Below are positions 1 to 9,689 of a stretch of DNA of 64,000 bases, in pieces. The stretch lies in contig CAZAXH010000005.1 in assembly GCA_964489065.1 (NCBI GenBank), positions 90,094 to 154,093 of the forward strand. Direction: 5' to 3'. The notes beneath the pieces were generated by a model. It did no database searches and was not told the origin of the DNA. It saw only the letters and a list, made by a program, of their open reading frames with translations. Source of the DNA: an uncultured Planctomycetales bacterium. GTDB taxonomy: Bacteria > Omnitrophota > Gorgyraeia > Zapsychrales > JANLHA01. Numbering within the stretch: position 1 is the stretch's first letter; each line of letters starts with the position of its first letter. The translations under genes and the position numbers were made by a program.

Positions 1-665
1 CGGAGGAAACCACCCGTCTTCTTCCTCTGGTTAAAAAGATCGGCGCTAAAACGATTGCCATGACCGGCAACCCGGCGTCCAGCCTTGCCAAGTATAGCGA
101 TGTGGTCCTGAATGTTTATGTCGAGCAGGAAGGCTGTCCTCTGGGGCTGGCCCCTATGGCGTCGACGACCGCTACGTTGGTCATGGGGGACGCTCTGGCC
201 GCCTGCTTGATTGTCCGGCGGGGATTTAAAAAAGAAGACTTTGCGTTTTTTCATCCCGGGGGGGCCTTGGGCCGGCGGCTGCTGTTGAGGGTGGACGATA
301 TTATGCGTAAAGATAAATCTTTCCCAGTCGTGGGGGAAGACACCGTGGTGAAAGATGTCCTCTTGGCTATTACCCGGTTACGGTGCGGTTCGGCGGTTAT
401 CATCAATGCCGAGGGGGCGCTGACGGGGATTTTTACTGACGGGGATTTGCGCCGTCATCTGGAAGAGGACGGCGAAGTTTTGAGAAGAAAAGTGAAAGAG
501 GTCATGACACCCCGTCCGACGGTGATTCAGGAGGATAAGCTGGCCGTCGAAGCGTTTACGCTTTTGCAGGATAAAAAGATTGATGAGCTGCCGGTCGTGG
601 ACAGTCAGGGGCGCGCTGTGGGCCTGCTGGATATCCAGGACCTGTTGCGGGCGGGACTGTTTTAA
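1..665 (+). CDS. kdsD: Arabinose-5-phosphate isomerase (KdsD/GutQ family), 5'-truncated at window edge; SIS domain tail plus two CBS domains
   Basis: Open frame continues to nt 1 (..EETTRLLPLVKKIGAKTIAMTGNPASSLA..); CBS-like C-terminus; followed by kdsC-lpt genes. Confidence 0.8.
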   Translation, partial: EETTRLLPLVKKIGAKTIAMTGNPASSLAKYSDVVLNVYVEQEGCPLGLAPMASTTATLVMGDALAACLIVRRGFKKEDFAFFHPGGALGRRLLLRVDDIMRKDKSFPVVGEDTVVKDVLLAITRLRCGSAVIINAEGALTGIFTDGDLRRHLEEDGEVLRRKVKEVMTPRPTVIQEDKLAVEAFTLLQDKKIDELPVVDSQGRAVGLLDIQDLLRAGLF

Positions 666-725
666 CGGCGGTTCCCCTGGTTTTTGCGGCGGGCAAGAGG
701 GATGTTTTGAAGACAAGGAATCCTT

Positions 726-1238
726 ATGGAAGAGAAAATCAGGAGAATAAAAATTTTAGCCCTGGATGTGGACGGTGTTTTGACCGACGGCCGGATCATT
801 TATGATTCTCTCGGGCATGAGATAAAATTTTTCGATGTACAGGACGGGTATGGCATTATCCTGTGGCGGCGGCTGGGATTAAAAACCGCTATCCTGTCCG
901 CCCGGTCAGCCAAGCCCGTTGACGTGCGGGCGAATGATTTGAAAATTGATAAAGTTTACCAGAACGCTTCCCCCAAAATTGACGTCTATGAAAAACTTCT
1001 GAAAGATTTTGACGCCCGGGATGAGGACGTCTGTTTTGTCGGTGATGACTTGCCTGATTTGGCGGTCCTCAAACGGGTTGGGTTTGCCGTGGCGGTGGCC
1101 AATGCCCATGCCGAAATTAAAGAGGCGGCGGATTATGTCACCCAAAAAACCGGCGGCCGCGGCGCGGTCCGGGAAGTGATTGAACTTATACTGAAATCGC
1201 AGGATAAATGGCCGGTGGTCATCCGGATGCATCAATGA
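726..1238 (+). CDS. kdsC: 3-deoxy-D-manno-octulosonate 8-phosphate phosphatase (HAD family)
   Basis: ILALDVDGVLTDG HAD motif, ~170 aa, position between kdsD and lpt genes. Confidence 0.8.
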   Translation: MEEKIRRIKILALDVDGVLTDGRIIYDSLGHEIKFFDVQDGYGIILWRRLGLKTAILSARSAKPVDVRANDLKIDKVYQNASPKIDVYEKLLKDFDARDEDVCFVGDDLPDLAVLKRVGFAVAVANAHAEIKEAADYVTQKTGGRGAVREVIELILKSQDKWPVVIRMHQ

Positions 1239-1239
1239 G

Positions 1240-2091
1240 ATGAAAATAATTTTTCGCCTTTGGGGGGTTGTCGTTTTTTTGGGCGGGCTGTCCGCCGCCT
1301 GGGGGGGGGCTGTTTTCGCTCAAGGAGCGGGCCAGCAGTTTGAAGGGTTCAATCTTCAGGGCTATGAAGACGACGGCCGCATGAAATGGGATCTGCGGGG
1401 CGATACCGCCGATGTCTTCGGGGAACAGATCAGTATCACCAACGTGGACGCAAATCATTACGGGGACCAGGCCATGAATTTAAAGGCCAAAATCGGAAAG
1501 ATTGACAAAGCCAGCGGGGATATCCGGCTGGAAAGAGACGTGGTGATCACCTCGGAGCAGGGGGGGCAGATGAAAACCGAGTCCCTGGACTGGTATAAAG
1601 AAAAGGATATCGTTGAAACTGAGGATAAGGTGCTGTTGTCGGATCAGCGCTTGACTGCGGTGGGCACTGGCATGACGGCCAGTCCGGGCCTGATGGTGGC
1701 GCAGATGAAAAAGGATGTGACGGTTCAGGTGAAGCCTCAGCCCGAAGAGCCTGATAGCCTGCCGGTGACGATCACCTGTGACGGTTCTCTGGAGATTGAT
1801 CAGAAGAAGAATAAGGCGGTTTTAAAAGATAATGTCGTAGCCGTGCAAGGGGACCGGACTCTGAAGGCCGATGAAATAACGGTGTTTTTTGACCCGGAAG
1901 CCCAGGTGGTTTCGAAAATGATCTGCGCCGGCAATGTGGAGATTATTCAGGGCGGGAATAAAACGCATTCCCAGCGGGCTGTTTATGAGGCCGCTACGCA
2001 GAAATTAACCCTGACGGGCCAGCCGAAAATTATTTTGATCACGTCCGGAGAGGGCAGTATCGCCTCGTTCACCAAAGATGCGAAGAAATAA
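1240..2091 (+). CDS. Periplasmic LPS-transport protein, apparent LptC-LptA fusion (N-terminal TM anchor + LptC-like half + OstA/LptA-like half)
   Basis: N-terminal hydrophobic segment, two OstA-like beta-jellyroll-type segments (..ITCDGSLEIDQKKNKAVLKDNVVAVQGDRTLKADEITV..), immediately upstream of lptB. Confidence 0.65.
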   Translation: MKIIFRLWGVVVFLGGLSAAWGGAVFAQGAGQQFEGFNLQGYEDDGRMKWDLRGDTADVFGEQISITNVDANHYGDQAMNLKAKIGKIDKASGDIRLERDVVITSEQGGQMKTESLDWYKEKDIVETEDKVLLSDQRLTAVGTGMTASPGLMVAQMKKDVTVQVKPQPEEPDSLPVTITCDGSLEIDQKKNKAVLKDNVVAVQGDRTLKADEITVFFDPEAQVVSKMICAGNVEIIQGGNKTHSQRAVYEAATQKLTLTGQPKIILITSGEGSIASFTKDAKK

Positions 2092-2270
2092 CTTCTAGGG
2101 TCCTCTTTTATCCCGGGGGCCGCTGGAGGGGAGTTTGCTGAAAAGTCTTTTCATTTATAAAAATTGTATTATAATTGTGATTTCGAGTTGGAAACAGTCA
2201 GCTAGGGAGCCAGGGGCTTCAGAAACACCCGGGAATCGGCAAATGGTGCGTTGTATAAGGATAAAAAACG

Positions 2271-2999
2271 ATGAGTTTACATTTGCTGGAAACAAGAGGA
2301 CTGGTGAAAACCTACGGAGGCCGCAGGGTTGTAGACGGGTTGAGCATTACGGTGGGCCGCTCGGAAATCGTGGGGATTCTGGGTCCCAATGGGGCGGGTA
2401 AGACCACGTCATTTTATATGATTGTCGGGATCATTGCGCCTGATTCCGGGCAGATTTTTTTCGACCAGGGGGATATTACGAGACAGCCGATTCACGCGCG
2501 TTGCCGGTTGGGCATGGGGTACCTTGCCCAGGAGAATTCGATTTTCCGGAAACTCACCGTGCAGGAAAATATCATGGCGATTCTGGAAACGCTGGATATC
2601 AGCCCGAGGGAACGGCGGCGGCGTCTCCACTCCCTGTTGGAGGAATTGAATATTGCTCATTTGGCGAACAGCAAGGCCTATACACTCAGCGGCGGCGAAC
2701 GCCGGCGGTTGGAAATCACCCGCGCCCTGGTGACAAATCCTTCGTTTCTTTTGTTGGACGAACCTTTTTCCGGAATTGACCCGATTGTGGTGGCGGAGGC
2801 CCAGGAAATCATCAAGGACCTGAAGAAGCGGGGAATCGGGATTTTGTTGACGGACCATAACGTCCGGGAAACACTTTCCATTACGGACCGGGCTTACCTC
2901 GTGGCAGAAGGCAATGTTCTGATATCAGGGACCACAAAGGATCTTATCAATGACCCCAAAGCGAAGCAGATTTATCTGGGGGAAAAATTCAGTATGTAG
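2271..2999 (+). CDS. lptB: LPS export ABC transporter ATP-binding protein
   Basis: Walker A GPNGAGKTT, ABC signature LSGGERRR, Walker B LLLDEP; 242 aa. Confidence 0.9.
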   Translation: MSLHLLETRGLVKTYGGRRVVDGLSITVGRSEIVGILGPNGAGKTTSFYMIVGIIAPDSGQIFFDQGDITRQPIHARCRLGMGYLAQENSIFRKLTVQENIMAILETLDISPRERRRRLHSLLEELNIAHLANSKAYTLSGGERRRLEITRALVTNPSFLLLDEPFSGIDPIVVAEAQEIIKDLKKRGIGILLTDHNVRETLSITDRAYLVAEGNVLISGTTKDLINDPKAKQIYLGEKFSM

Positions 3000-3028
3000 A
3001 TAATCAGTAAGGAGGTCAGACGTTTATT

Positions 3029-3919
3029 ATGAAAGTTGCCGTTAAAAAAGTGGATGCGTTGAAACGTGAGCTTAATTTTGAAGTTCCCAAAGACCGCGTG
3101 ACCCAGGTTCTGGAAGAAGTGTATTCCGAAATGGGGCGGGTGGCTAAGATCAAAGGCTTCCGGCCCGGGAAGGTTCCCCGCCGGGTCCTGGAAAATGAAC
3201 ACGCGGCGTTGGCCCGGGAAGAGGCTCTTAAAAAATTGATCCCCGTTGTTTACCGGGAAGGGATCGAACAGGAAAACATGTCGCCGATCGACCTGCCGGA
3301 AATAGAAGACGTGGAATTTAAGGACGGGATGGTAAAATTCAAAGCGGTGATTGATATTAAACCCGATGTTCAGATCGGGAATTATAAAGGGATTGCCGTG
3401 AAAAGAAAGAGTTCCCAGGTCACGGAAGATGAGATCAATAAAACACTGGATTTTTTTAAAAAAAGCCAGGGCCATGATAAAGGCCAGGAGATTCCTCTGG
3501 ACGATCATTTTGCCAGGGGGCTTGGGTATCCGAACCTTGAGGAGTTTAAGCAGACCCTGAAGCGGCAGATGGAACTGGACAAAGACCGGACCAACCGCAT
3601 TGATATTGAAAATCAGATCATTGACGCCTTGTTGAAAGAATCTAAATTCCCTCTTCCCCAGACTTTGGTGAAAAAACAGCTGGAACATCGTTTGCATCAT
3701 GCCCTGGAGCAGATGAGGACCCAGGGCTCGCCGGAAGATGAGATAGCCAAAAAGGAAGCGGAGTTACGCAAGGCCCTGCAGAAGCCGGTGGAAAAAGACG
3801 TCCGGGTTTATCTGGTTCTGGATAAGATCGCTGAATTGGAAGGCTTGACCGTGCAACAGAATGAAAACCTGCCCTCAAAAGTGATGGAGTTTTTATTCAA
3901 GGAAGCCCGCTGGGAATAG
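3029..3919 (+). CDS. tig: Trigger factor lacking the central PPIase domain (N-terminal ribosome-binding domain + C-terminal arm domain only)
   Basis: GFRPGKVP ribosome-binding signature; only 296 aa vs ~430 for canonical TF; directly upstream of clpP. Confidence 0.75.
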   Translation: MKVAVKKVDALKRELNFEVPKDRVTQVLEEVYSEMGRVAKIKGFRPGKVPRRVLENEHAALAREEALKKLIPVVYREGIEQENMSPIDLPEIEDVEFKDGMVKFKAVIDIKPDVQIGNYKGIAVKRKSSQVTEDEINKTLDFFKKSQGHDKGQEIPLDDHFARGLGYPNLEEFKQTLKRQMELDKDRTNRIDIENQIIDALLKESKFPLPQTLVKKQLEHRLHHALEQMRTQGSPEDEIAKKEAELRKALQKPVEKDVRVYLVLDKIAELEGLTVQQNENLPSKVMEFLFKEARWE

Positions 3920-3957
3920 TTGTTTAAACATTCAGTCTGCCGCAAAGGAGTGAAGAG

Positions 3958-4551
3958 ATGGATATGAAATACCAGACATTAGTCCCCATGGTCATAGAAA
4001 AGACCGGCCATGCCGAAAGAGCGTATGATATATACTCCCGTCTTTTGAAAGACCGGATTATTTTTATCGGCACGGCGATTGATGATATGGTTGCGAATCT
4101 TGTGATCGCCCAGTTATTATTTCTGCAGAGTGAGGACGCTTCCAAGGACATTCATGTTTATGTGAATTCACCCGGCGGGGCTGTCACGGCCGGGCTGGCG
4201 ATTTATGATACCATGCAGTATATCAAGCCGGATGTCTGCACCTATTGTATCGGCCAGGCGGCCAGTATGGGCGCGGTCCTGCTGGCGGCGGGGGCCAAGG
4301 GCAAGAGGTTCGCTTTGCCTTATTCGAGGATCATGATTCATCAGCCCTGGGGAGGCGTGCAGGGGACAGCCAGCGATATTTCTATCCAGGCCAAGGAAAT
4401 TCTGCGGATGAAGGAAGAACTGATTAAAATTTTATCCAAACACACCGGGCAGACGGTTGACCGCGTGGAAAAAGATTCGGACCGGGATTTCTTCATGTCT
4501 TCTGTTGAAGCCAGGGATTATGGTCTCGTTGATCAGGTCCTGGATGCCTAG
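3958..4551 (+). CDS. clpP: ATP-dependent Clp protease proteolytic subunit
   Basis: Full-length ClpP with catalytic Ser (GQAASMGA) and His/Asp context. Confidence 0.95.
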   Translation: MDMKYQTLVPMVIEKTGHAERAYDIYSRLLKDRIIFIGTAIDDMVANLVIAQLLFLQSEDASKDIHVYVNSPGGAVTAGLAIYDTMQYIKPDVCTYCIGQAASMGAVLLAAGAKGKRFALPYSRIMIHQPWGGVQGTASDISIQAKEILRMKEELIKILSKHTGQTVDRVEKDSDRDFFMSSVEARDYGLVDQVLDA

Positions 4552-4651
4552 GAGAAGGGCGGGAGGGGATATTCGTATAACATACTCTGACATACTTGTT
4601 TCGGAAGGATAAAATACTCCTGTAAAATTTCTTGAACAGAAAGGGCTTCTC

Positions 4652-5797
4652 ATGAAAAGAAATTTATTGTTGACGCCTGGGCCTACCCAGGTCCCGCCCC
4701 GGTTATGTGAAGTTTTAGGCCGGCCGATTATTCATCATCGCACCCCGCAGTTTCAGGATTTCCTTAAAGAAGTTTTTGACGGGCTGAAATATGTTTTACA
4801 GACCCAGCATGATGTGTACCTCCTGGCGGCTTCCGGCAGCGGGGCTATGGAGGCCAGCGTCTGCAGTTTCCTGTCTCCGGGAGATAAGGCCATTACGGTG
4901 GAAGGCGGGAAATTCGGGGAACGCTGGACTGAACTATGCCAGGCCTTTCAGGTGGAACCCCGGGTCGTGACCGTCCCGTGGGGGAAGGTGGTCGAGCCGG
5001 CCGCCATTGAGAAGATACTGGCGGAAGATAAGGCCATAAAAGCTGTTTATGTCACGCATTGCGAAACGTCCACCGGAGTGACCACGGATCTGAAGGCGCT
5101 CGGGGACGTTGTTAAAAAAACCAATGCTATTCTGGTTGTCGATGCTGTTAGTTCTATAGGAGTCATTGAGTTGAAGATGGATGCGTGGAATATCGACGTG
5201 GTTGCTTCCGCCTCCCATAAAGGGTTTATGCTGCCTCCGGGTGTGGCTTTCGTGGCGGCCAGCCCTAAGGCCCAAGCGATGATGGCGCAGTCGAAAGCCC
5301 CAAAGTATTATTTTAATTTAGCCAAATATAAAAAAGTGCTGGATAAAACCGACACCCCGTTTACCCCGGCGATCGGGATTATTATTGCCTTGACTGAAAG
5401 TTTGCGGATGGTGAAGGAAACCGGTTTGGACGGTTTATTTAAACATTACGAACGGCTGGCGCGGGCGATGAGAGAGGCGGCCAAGGCCCTGGGGTTGTCT
5501 TTGTTTGCCGATGACTCTTGCGCCTCTAATGTGCTGACCGCGATCAACCTCCCGGAAGGGATGGACGGGGGGAAAGTTGTCAAGCGCATGCGGGATACTT
5601 ATGGTATTTCTGTCGCCGGCGGGCAAGGGGACCTGAAGGGGAAAATCATCCGTATCGCCCACATGGGTTGCCTGGATGAGTATGACATGCTCACCGGGAT
5701 TTCCTGCCTGGAGAAAGTCCTTAAGGAACTCGGATATGATTTTAAACTGGGGACGGGTGTGGCGGCTGCGCAGAAATATTTTAACGAAAGTCATTAA
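4652..5797 (+). CDS. serC: Class V aminotransferase (AGT/SerC-like); probable phosphoserine aminotransferase given adjacency to serA
   Basis: PLP-fold class V pattern (..TPGPT.., SASHKGFMLPPG lysine motif); upstream of serA. Confidence 0.6.
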   Translation: MKRNLLLTPGPTQVPPRLCEVLGRPIIHHRTPQFQDFLKEVFDGLKYVLQTQHDVYLLAASGSGAMEASVCSFLSPGDKAITVEGGKFGERWTELCQAFQVEPRVVTVPWGKVVEPAAIEKILAEDKAIKAVYVTHCETSTGVTTDLKALGDVVKKTNAILVVDAVSSIGVIELKMDAWNIDVVASASHKGFMLPPGVAFVAASPKAQAMMAQSKAPKYYFNLAKYKKVLDKTDTPFTPAIGIIIALTESLRMVKETGLDGLFKHYERLARAMREAAKALGLSLFADDSCASNVLTAINLPEGMDGGKVVKRMRDTYGISVAGGQGDLKGKIIRIAHMGCLDEYDMLTGISCLEKVLKELGYDFKLGTGVAAAQKYFNESH

Positions 5798-5873
5798 AAA
5801 AGGGATGGCCTATCGGCCCGGTGCTTAGGGAAGGTGCCGGCGGGAGAGCGGCGGGAAGACAAAGGAGGGGCCC

Positions 5874-7457
5874 ATGAAAATACTGATTAGCGATAAACTA
5901 GCCAATGAGGGCGTTGAGATTCTCAAGGCGGTTAAAGAATTTGAAGTGGATTGCAAATTCGGGATAAAACCGGAGGAACTTAAAAGCATTATTAAAGATT
6001 ACCATGCCCTGATTATCCGTAGCGGCACCACGGTCACCGCGGATATTCTGGAAGCGGCGGACAACCTGAAGGTAATTGGCCGGGCCGGCGTGGGACTGGA
6101 TAATGTGGATTTGAAGGCGGCGACCCAAAAAGGTGTCGTGGCGATGAACACGCCGGCGGGGAACACAACCTCAACGGCAGAGCATACGATGAGCCTCATC
6201 CTGGCCCTTTCCCGGAACATTCCCCAGGCCTGCGCGTCGTTGAAAGCGGGAAAATGGGAACGCTCCAAGTTCAGCGGGGTGGAGCTTTACGGGAAAGTCC
6301 TCGGGATCGTCGGTCTTGGCCGGATCGGGACCACGGTCGCGACGATGGCGAAAGGGTTTGGGATGAAAATCATCGGGTATGATCCTTTCCTGGCCATGGA
6401 CGTTGCGAATAATCTCGGGGTAAGAATGGTGGATATGGAGGAGCTTGTCCGGACCGCGGACTATATAACGATTCATGTCCCCAAGAGTACCGAAACAAAG
6501 AACATGATTTCCGAAAAAGAATTTGCTAAAATGAAGAAAACTGTCCGGCTCATCAACTGTGCCCGGGGCGGGATTATTGATGAAAAAGCTTTGGCGAAAG
6601 CCTTGGAGGAAGGCCGGATCGCCGGCTGTGCCCTGGATGTTTATGAGCAGGAACCGCCCCCGGAAGACTTCCCGTTGTTGAAGTACGATGCCTGTATCGT
6701 CACTCCGCATTTGGGGGCTTCGACATCTGAGGCGCAAATCAATGTGGCTATTGAAATCGCTCACACGGTCCGGGATGCGCTTTTAGGCAAGGGGATAGTT
6801 AACGCGGCTAATTTCCCTTCTGTGAGCAGCGAGGCGTTCAAAATTCTGGTCCCTTATCTGGACCTGGCCGGGCGGATGGGGAAATTCGCCGGGCAGTTGG
6901 TGAACGGCCGTATCAATGAGATTAAAATTACGTATGCCGGCGTCATGACGAAATACAAAACCGATCCGTTAACCATGTCTTTGGTGAACGGGTTATTGCA
7001 GCCGATTTTGGGTGATACGGTGAATATGATCAATGCCCTGGGGGTGGCGGGAGACCGGGGGATTCATGTTCAGGAAATCCATTCATCCAAGGAAGAGGAG
7101 TTTGTGAACCTGATTAAGACCGAGGTTGTCACGGATAGAGAAGCCTTTGTCGTGTGGGGCACCCTGGCGGGAAATAATCAGCCTCGCATTGTGAAAGTGA
7201 ATAATGTTTATGTGGAGGCGATTCCGTCCGGGTATATGCTTTTTATTAACAATAACGATAAGCCCGGGATTGTCGGAGCCGTGGGAACGATCCTGGGGGA
7301 TGCGAAAATCAATATTGCCAGCATTACGTTTGGCCGGGAATCTGTCGGGGGGTTGGCGATCAGCGTCGTGAATGTTGACAGCCCGGTGGCGGAGGATATT
7401 ATTCAAAAAATCAAAAAGACCCAGGATGTCCTTTTTGTGAAATTGTTAAAAATTTGA
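5874..7457 (+). CDS. serA: D-3-phosphoglycerate dehydrogenase with C-terminal ASB/ACT regulatory domains
   Basis: 2-hydroxyacid dehydrogenase NAD-binding GLGRIG motif, 527 aa long form. Confidence 0.9.
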   Translation: MKILISDKLANEGVEILKAVKEFEVDCKFGIKPEELKSIIKDYHALIIRSGTTVTADILEAADNLKVIGRAGVGLDNVDLKAATQKGVVAMNTPAGNTTSTAEHTMSLILALSRNIPQACASLKAGKWERSKFSGVELYGKVLGIVGLGRIGTTVATMAKGFGMKIIGYDPFLAMDVANNLGVRMVDMEELVRTADYITIHVPKSTETKNMISEKEFAKMKKTVRLINCARGGIIDEKALAKALEEGRIAGCALDVYEQEPPPEDFPLLKYDACIVTPHLGASTSEAQINVAIEIAHTVRDALLGKGIVNAANFPSVSSEAFKILVPYLDLAGRMGKFAGQLVNGRINEIKITYAGVMTKYKTDPLTMSLVNGLLQPILGDTVNMINALGVAGDRGIHVQEIHSSKEEEFVNLIKTEVVTDREAFVVWGTLAGNNQPRIVKVNNVYVEAIPSGYMLFINNNDKPGIVGAVGTILGDAKINIASITFGRESVGGLAISVVNVDSPVAEDIIQKIKKTQDVLFVKLLKI

Positions 7458-7508
7458 TTTGTTTTAACCCAAAATCCGGCCCAACATTGAGATAGGCCCC
7501 GAGAAAAT

Positions 7509-8276
7509 ATGGGAAATAGCCCTTTGGACATAATGCTCCGACCCGCCATCACAGGGGGGGTGTTGGACTCTGTGAACCCGGGTTCCATGGCTTCCTGGTT
7601 GTTGCTTCTCATCGTCATGCTTCTGGCGGCCAAGCGATACGGAACGATGGCCCCGTACGGAATTTTATTCGTGGTCGGTGTTTTTTCGGCCAGGAGTATT
7701 ATTATCCCCGGGTTCTTGGACCGGTGGCTTCTCTCCCGCTGGTTCGAAGTGTTGCTTGAAGTCTGGTATTTTATTTTTTCCTTGGCCTGTTTGGTGATGG
7801 GGGGCCTTTTTTGGAGGGATTGGCGCTTATCCAAGAAAAGCGCCTTTGCGGGGGAATCCGTATTGTCTTATAAACGTTTGTTTGACGCCGGGGAGATCCC
7901 TCCTCCAACGCCTTTTTTAAAGAGAGAAAAGAAATGGCGGTGGCTGTTTTTTGTTACGTTGCGTGGTGTGGTGTCTTTATTTTTAGGGTGGCTGGCGGCG
8001 CTTCTTGCCAGTGCGTGGCCGGAAGATGGCTATTTCATTGTGATGCTTCTGTCCTGGGGTTCGGCTCAAAATTTTTCTAAAGTGTTTGCTATGGTGGAGT
8101 GCTACGCTTTTTTTTATGTCTTGCCGTTAATCCTGGTGTTTTTATTGACAGTGGTGATTTTCGGAGGGAAGAATGCTGCCGCATCGTTGCGCGCCCGTTT
8201 TTCTTGGGTGCAGATTTCGGCAGCGGCTTTGTTTTTAGGGTATGGAATTTCTTTCCTTTCTTATTATTTAAATTAA
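7509..8276 (+). CDS. Hypothetical polytopic membrane protein
   Basis: Multiple hydrophobic helices; no recognisable catalytic motif. Confidence 0.5.
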   Translation: MGNSPLDIMLRPAITGGVLDSVNPGSMASWLLLLIVMLLAAKRYGTMAPYGILFVVGVFSARSIIIPGFLDRWLLSRWFEVLLEVWYFIFSLACLVMGGLFWRDWRLSKKSAFAGESVLSYKRLFDAGEIPPPTPFLKREKKWRWLFFVTLRGVVSLFLGWLAALLASAWPEDGYFIVMLLSWGSAQNFSKVFAMVECYAFFYVLPLILVFLLTVVIFGGKNAAASLRARFSWVQISAAALFLGYGISFLSYYLN

Positions 8277-8291
8277 TCTAGGGAGTCGGGC

Positions 8292-9572
8292 ATGAATTTT
8301 GTGGTTGTGGGAGCTCAATGGGGGGACGAAGGTAAAGGGAAATTGATCGATTTCCTCTCGGATAAAGTGGATGTCACGGTCCGGTATCAGGGGGGGAATA
8401 ACGCCGGTCATACGGTTGTTGTTGACGACGAAGAATATATTTTCCATCTCTTGCCGTCTGCTATTCTGCATCAGAAGAAAGTTTGTGTGATCGCAAACGG
8501 GGTTGTGATTGATCCCCAAGCGTTGATTCAGGAAATCCGTGATTTAAAGAAAAGGGGAGTCGCGGTTAATGCCGATCAGTTGAAAGTCGCAGGCAATGCG
8601 CATGTTGTTATGCCCTATCACCGCATTTTAGATGGGTTGCGGGAGTCCAGACGGAATAATAAAATCGGCACGACGGGCCGGGGGATCGGCCCCTGCTATG
8701 CGGATAAATCGACTCGTTGCGGGATTCGCATGATTGACCTGATGAATGCCCGGGTTTTTAAATCCAAACTGGAGGATAATCTGCGGGAGAAAAATGAGAT
8801 TTTTAAAAAAGTGTACCGCCATCCGGAATATTCCTTGGAAGGCATTTATCATGAATATTTGCGCTTCGGGCGGCTTCTCAAACCCTATGTGTGCGATACG
8901 GCCATTTATCTTAATAGTGTGATTGAAAATAAAAAGACGATCCTTTTTGAGGGGGCCCAAGGGACGTTTTTGGATATTGATTTTGGAACCTATCCGTTTG
9001 TGACATCTTCTAACTCCATCGTCGGAGGGGTTTGCCCCGGCAGTGGGGTGTCCCCGACCAAAATCGATAAGGCGATTGCGGTCGTGAAAGCGTATACGAC
9101 CCGGGTGGGGGAAGGCCCGTTCCCAACGGAATTTGCGGCCCGGTTTATGGATACCTTCCGGCTTAAAGGAAAAGAATTCGGCGCCACAACAGGCCGGGCC
9201 CGGCGCTGCGGTTGGTTTGACAGCGTTCTGGTCCGTTACGCCCTGATGGTCAACGGGGTAAGCGAACTGGCCATCATGAAGCTGGATGTCCTGGACGGTT
9301 TGAAAAAAATAAAAATTTGCACCGCTTATAAATATCGGGGCCGGCTTATTAAAGATTTTCCTTTGGACTTGGAGGTTCTCTGCCGTGCGAAACCTGTTTA
9401 TGAAGATAGGGACGGCTGGCTTGAACCTTCCAAGGGTATTAAGAGGTTTGATGAGTTACCGATTCAAGCGAAAGCGTATTTACGTCGCCTGGAAGACCTC
9501 CTGAAAGTTAGGATTCGCTATATCTCAACCGGGTCGAAACGGGATGAAACCATTGTTTTGCCTGAATCATGA
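8292..9572 (+). CDS. purA: Adenylosuccinate synthetase
   Basis: QWGDEGKGK P-loop, GNNAGHT motif; 426 aa. Confidence 0.95.
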   Translation: MNFVVVGAQWGDEGKGKLIDFLSDKVDVTVRYQGGNNAGHTVVVDDEEYIFHLLPSAILHQKKVCVIANGVVIDPQALIQEIRDLKKRGVAVNADQLKVAGNAHVVMPYHRILDGLRESRRNNKIGTTGRGIGPCYADKSTRCGIRMIDLMNARVFKSKLEDNLREKNEIFKKVYRHPEYSLEGIYHEYLRFGRLLKPYVCDTAIYLNSVIENKKTILFEGAQGTFLDIDFGTYPFVTSSNSIVGGVCPGSGVSPTKIDKAIAVVKAYTTRVGEGPFPTEFAARFMDTFRLKGKEFGATTGRARRCGWFDSVLVRYALMVNGVSELAIMKLDVLDGLKKIKICTAYKYRGRLIKDFPLDLEVLCRAKPVYEDRDGWLEPSKGIKRFDELPIQAKAYLRRLEDLLKVRIRYISTGSKRDETIVLPES

Positions 9573-9637
9573 TGGCGGGAAAGAGGGGCCGTGAGCGGTA
9601 TTAAGTTATAAAATGACTAATGTTTATGAGAATATTC

Positions 9638-9666
9638 TTGACTTTAAAAATGGCATATGTTAATTT
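9638..9666 (+). promoter_or_regulatory. Sigma70-like promoter TTGACT-17-TAATTT upstream of OmpA-like lipoprotein gene
   Basis: Hexamers with 17-nt spacer ~25 nt upstream of RBS AAAGGAGGAGGG. Confidence 0.4.
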
Positions 9667-9689
9667 GAAAATCAAAAAAGGAGGAGGGC

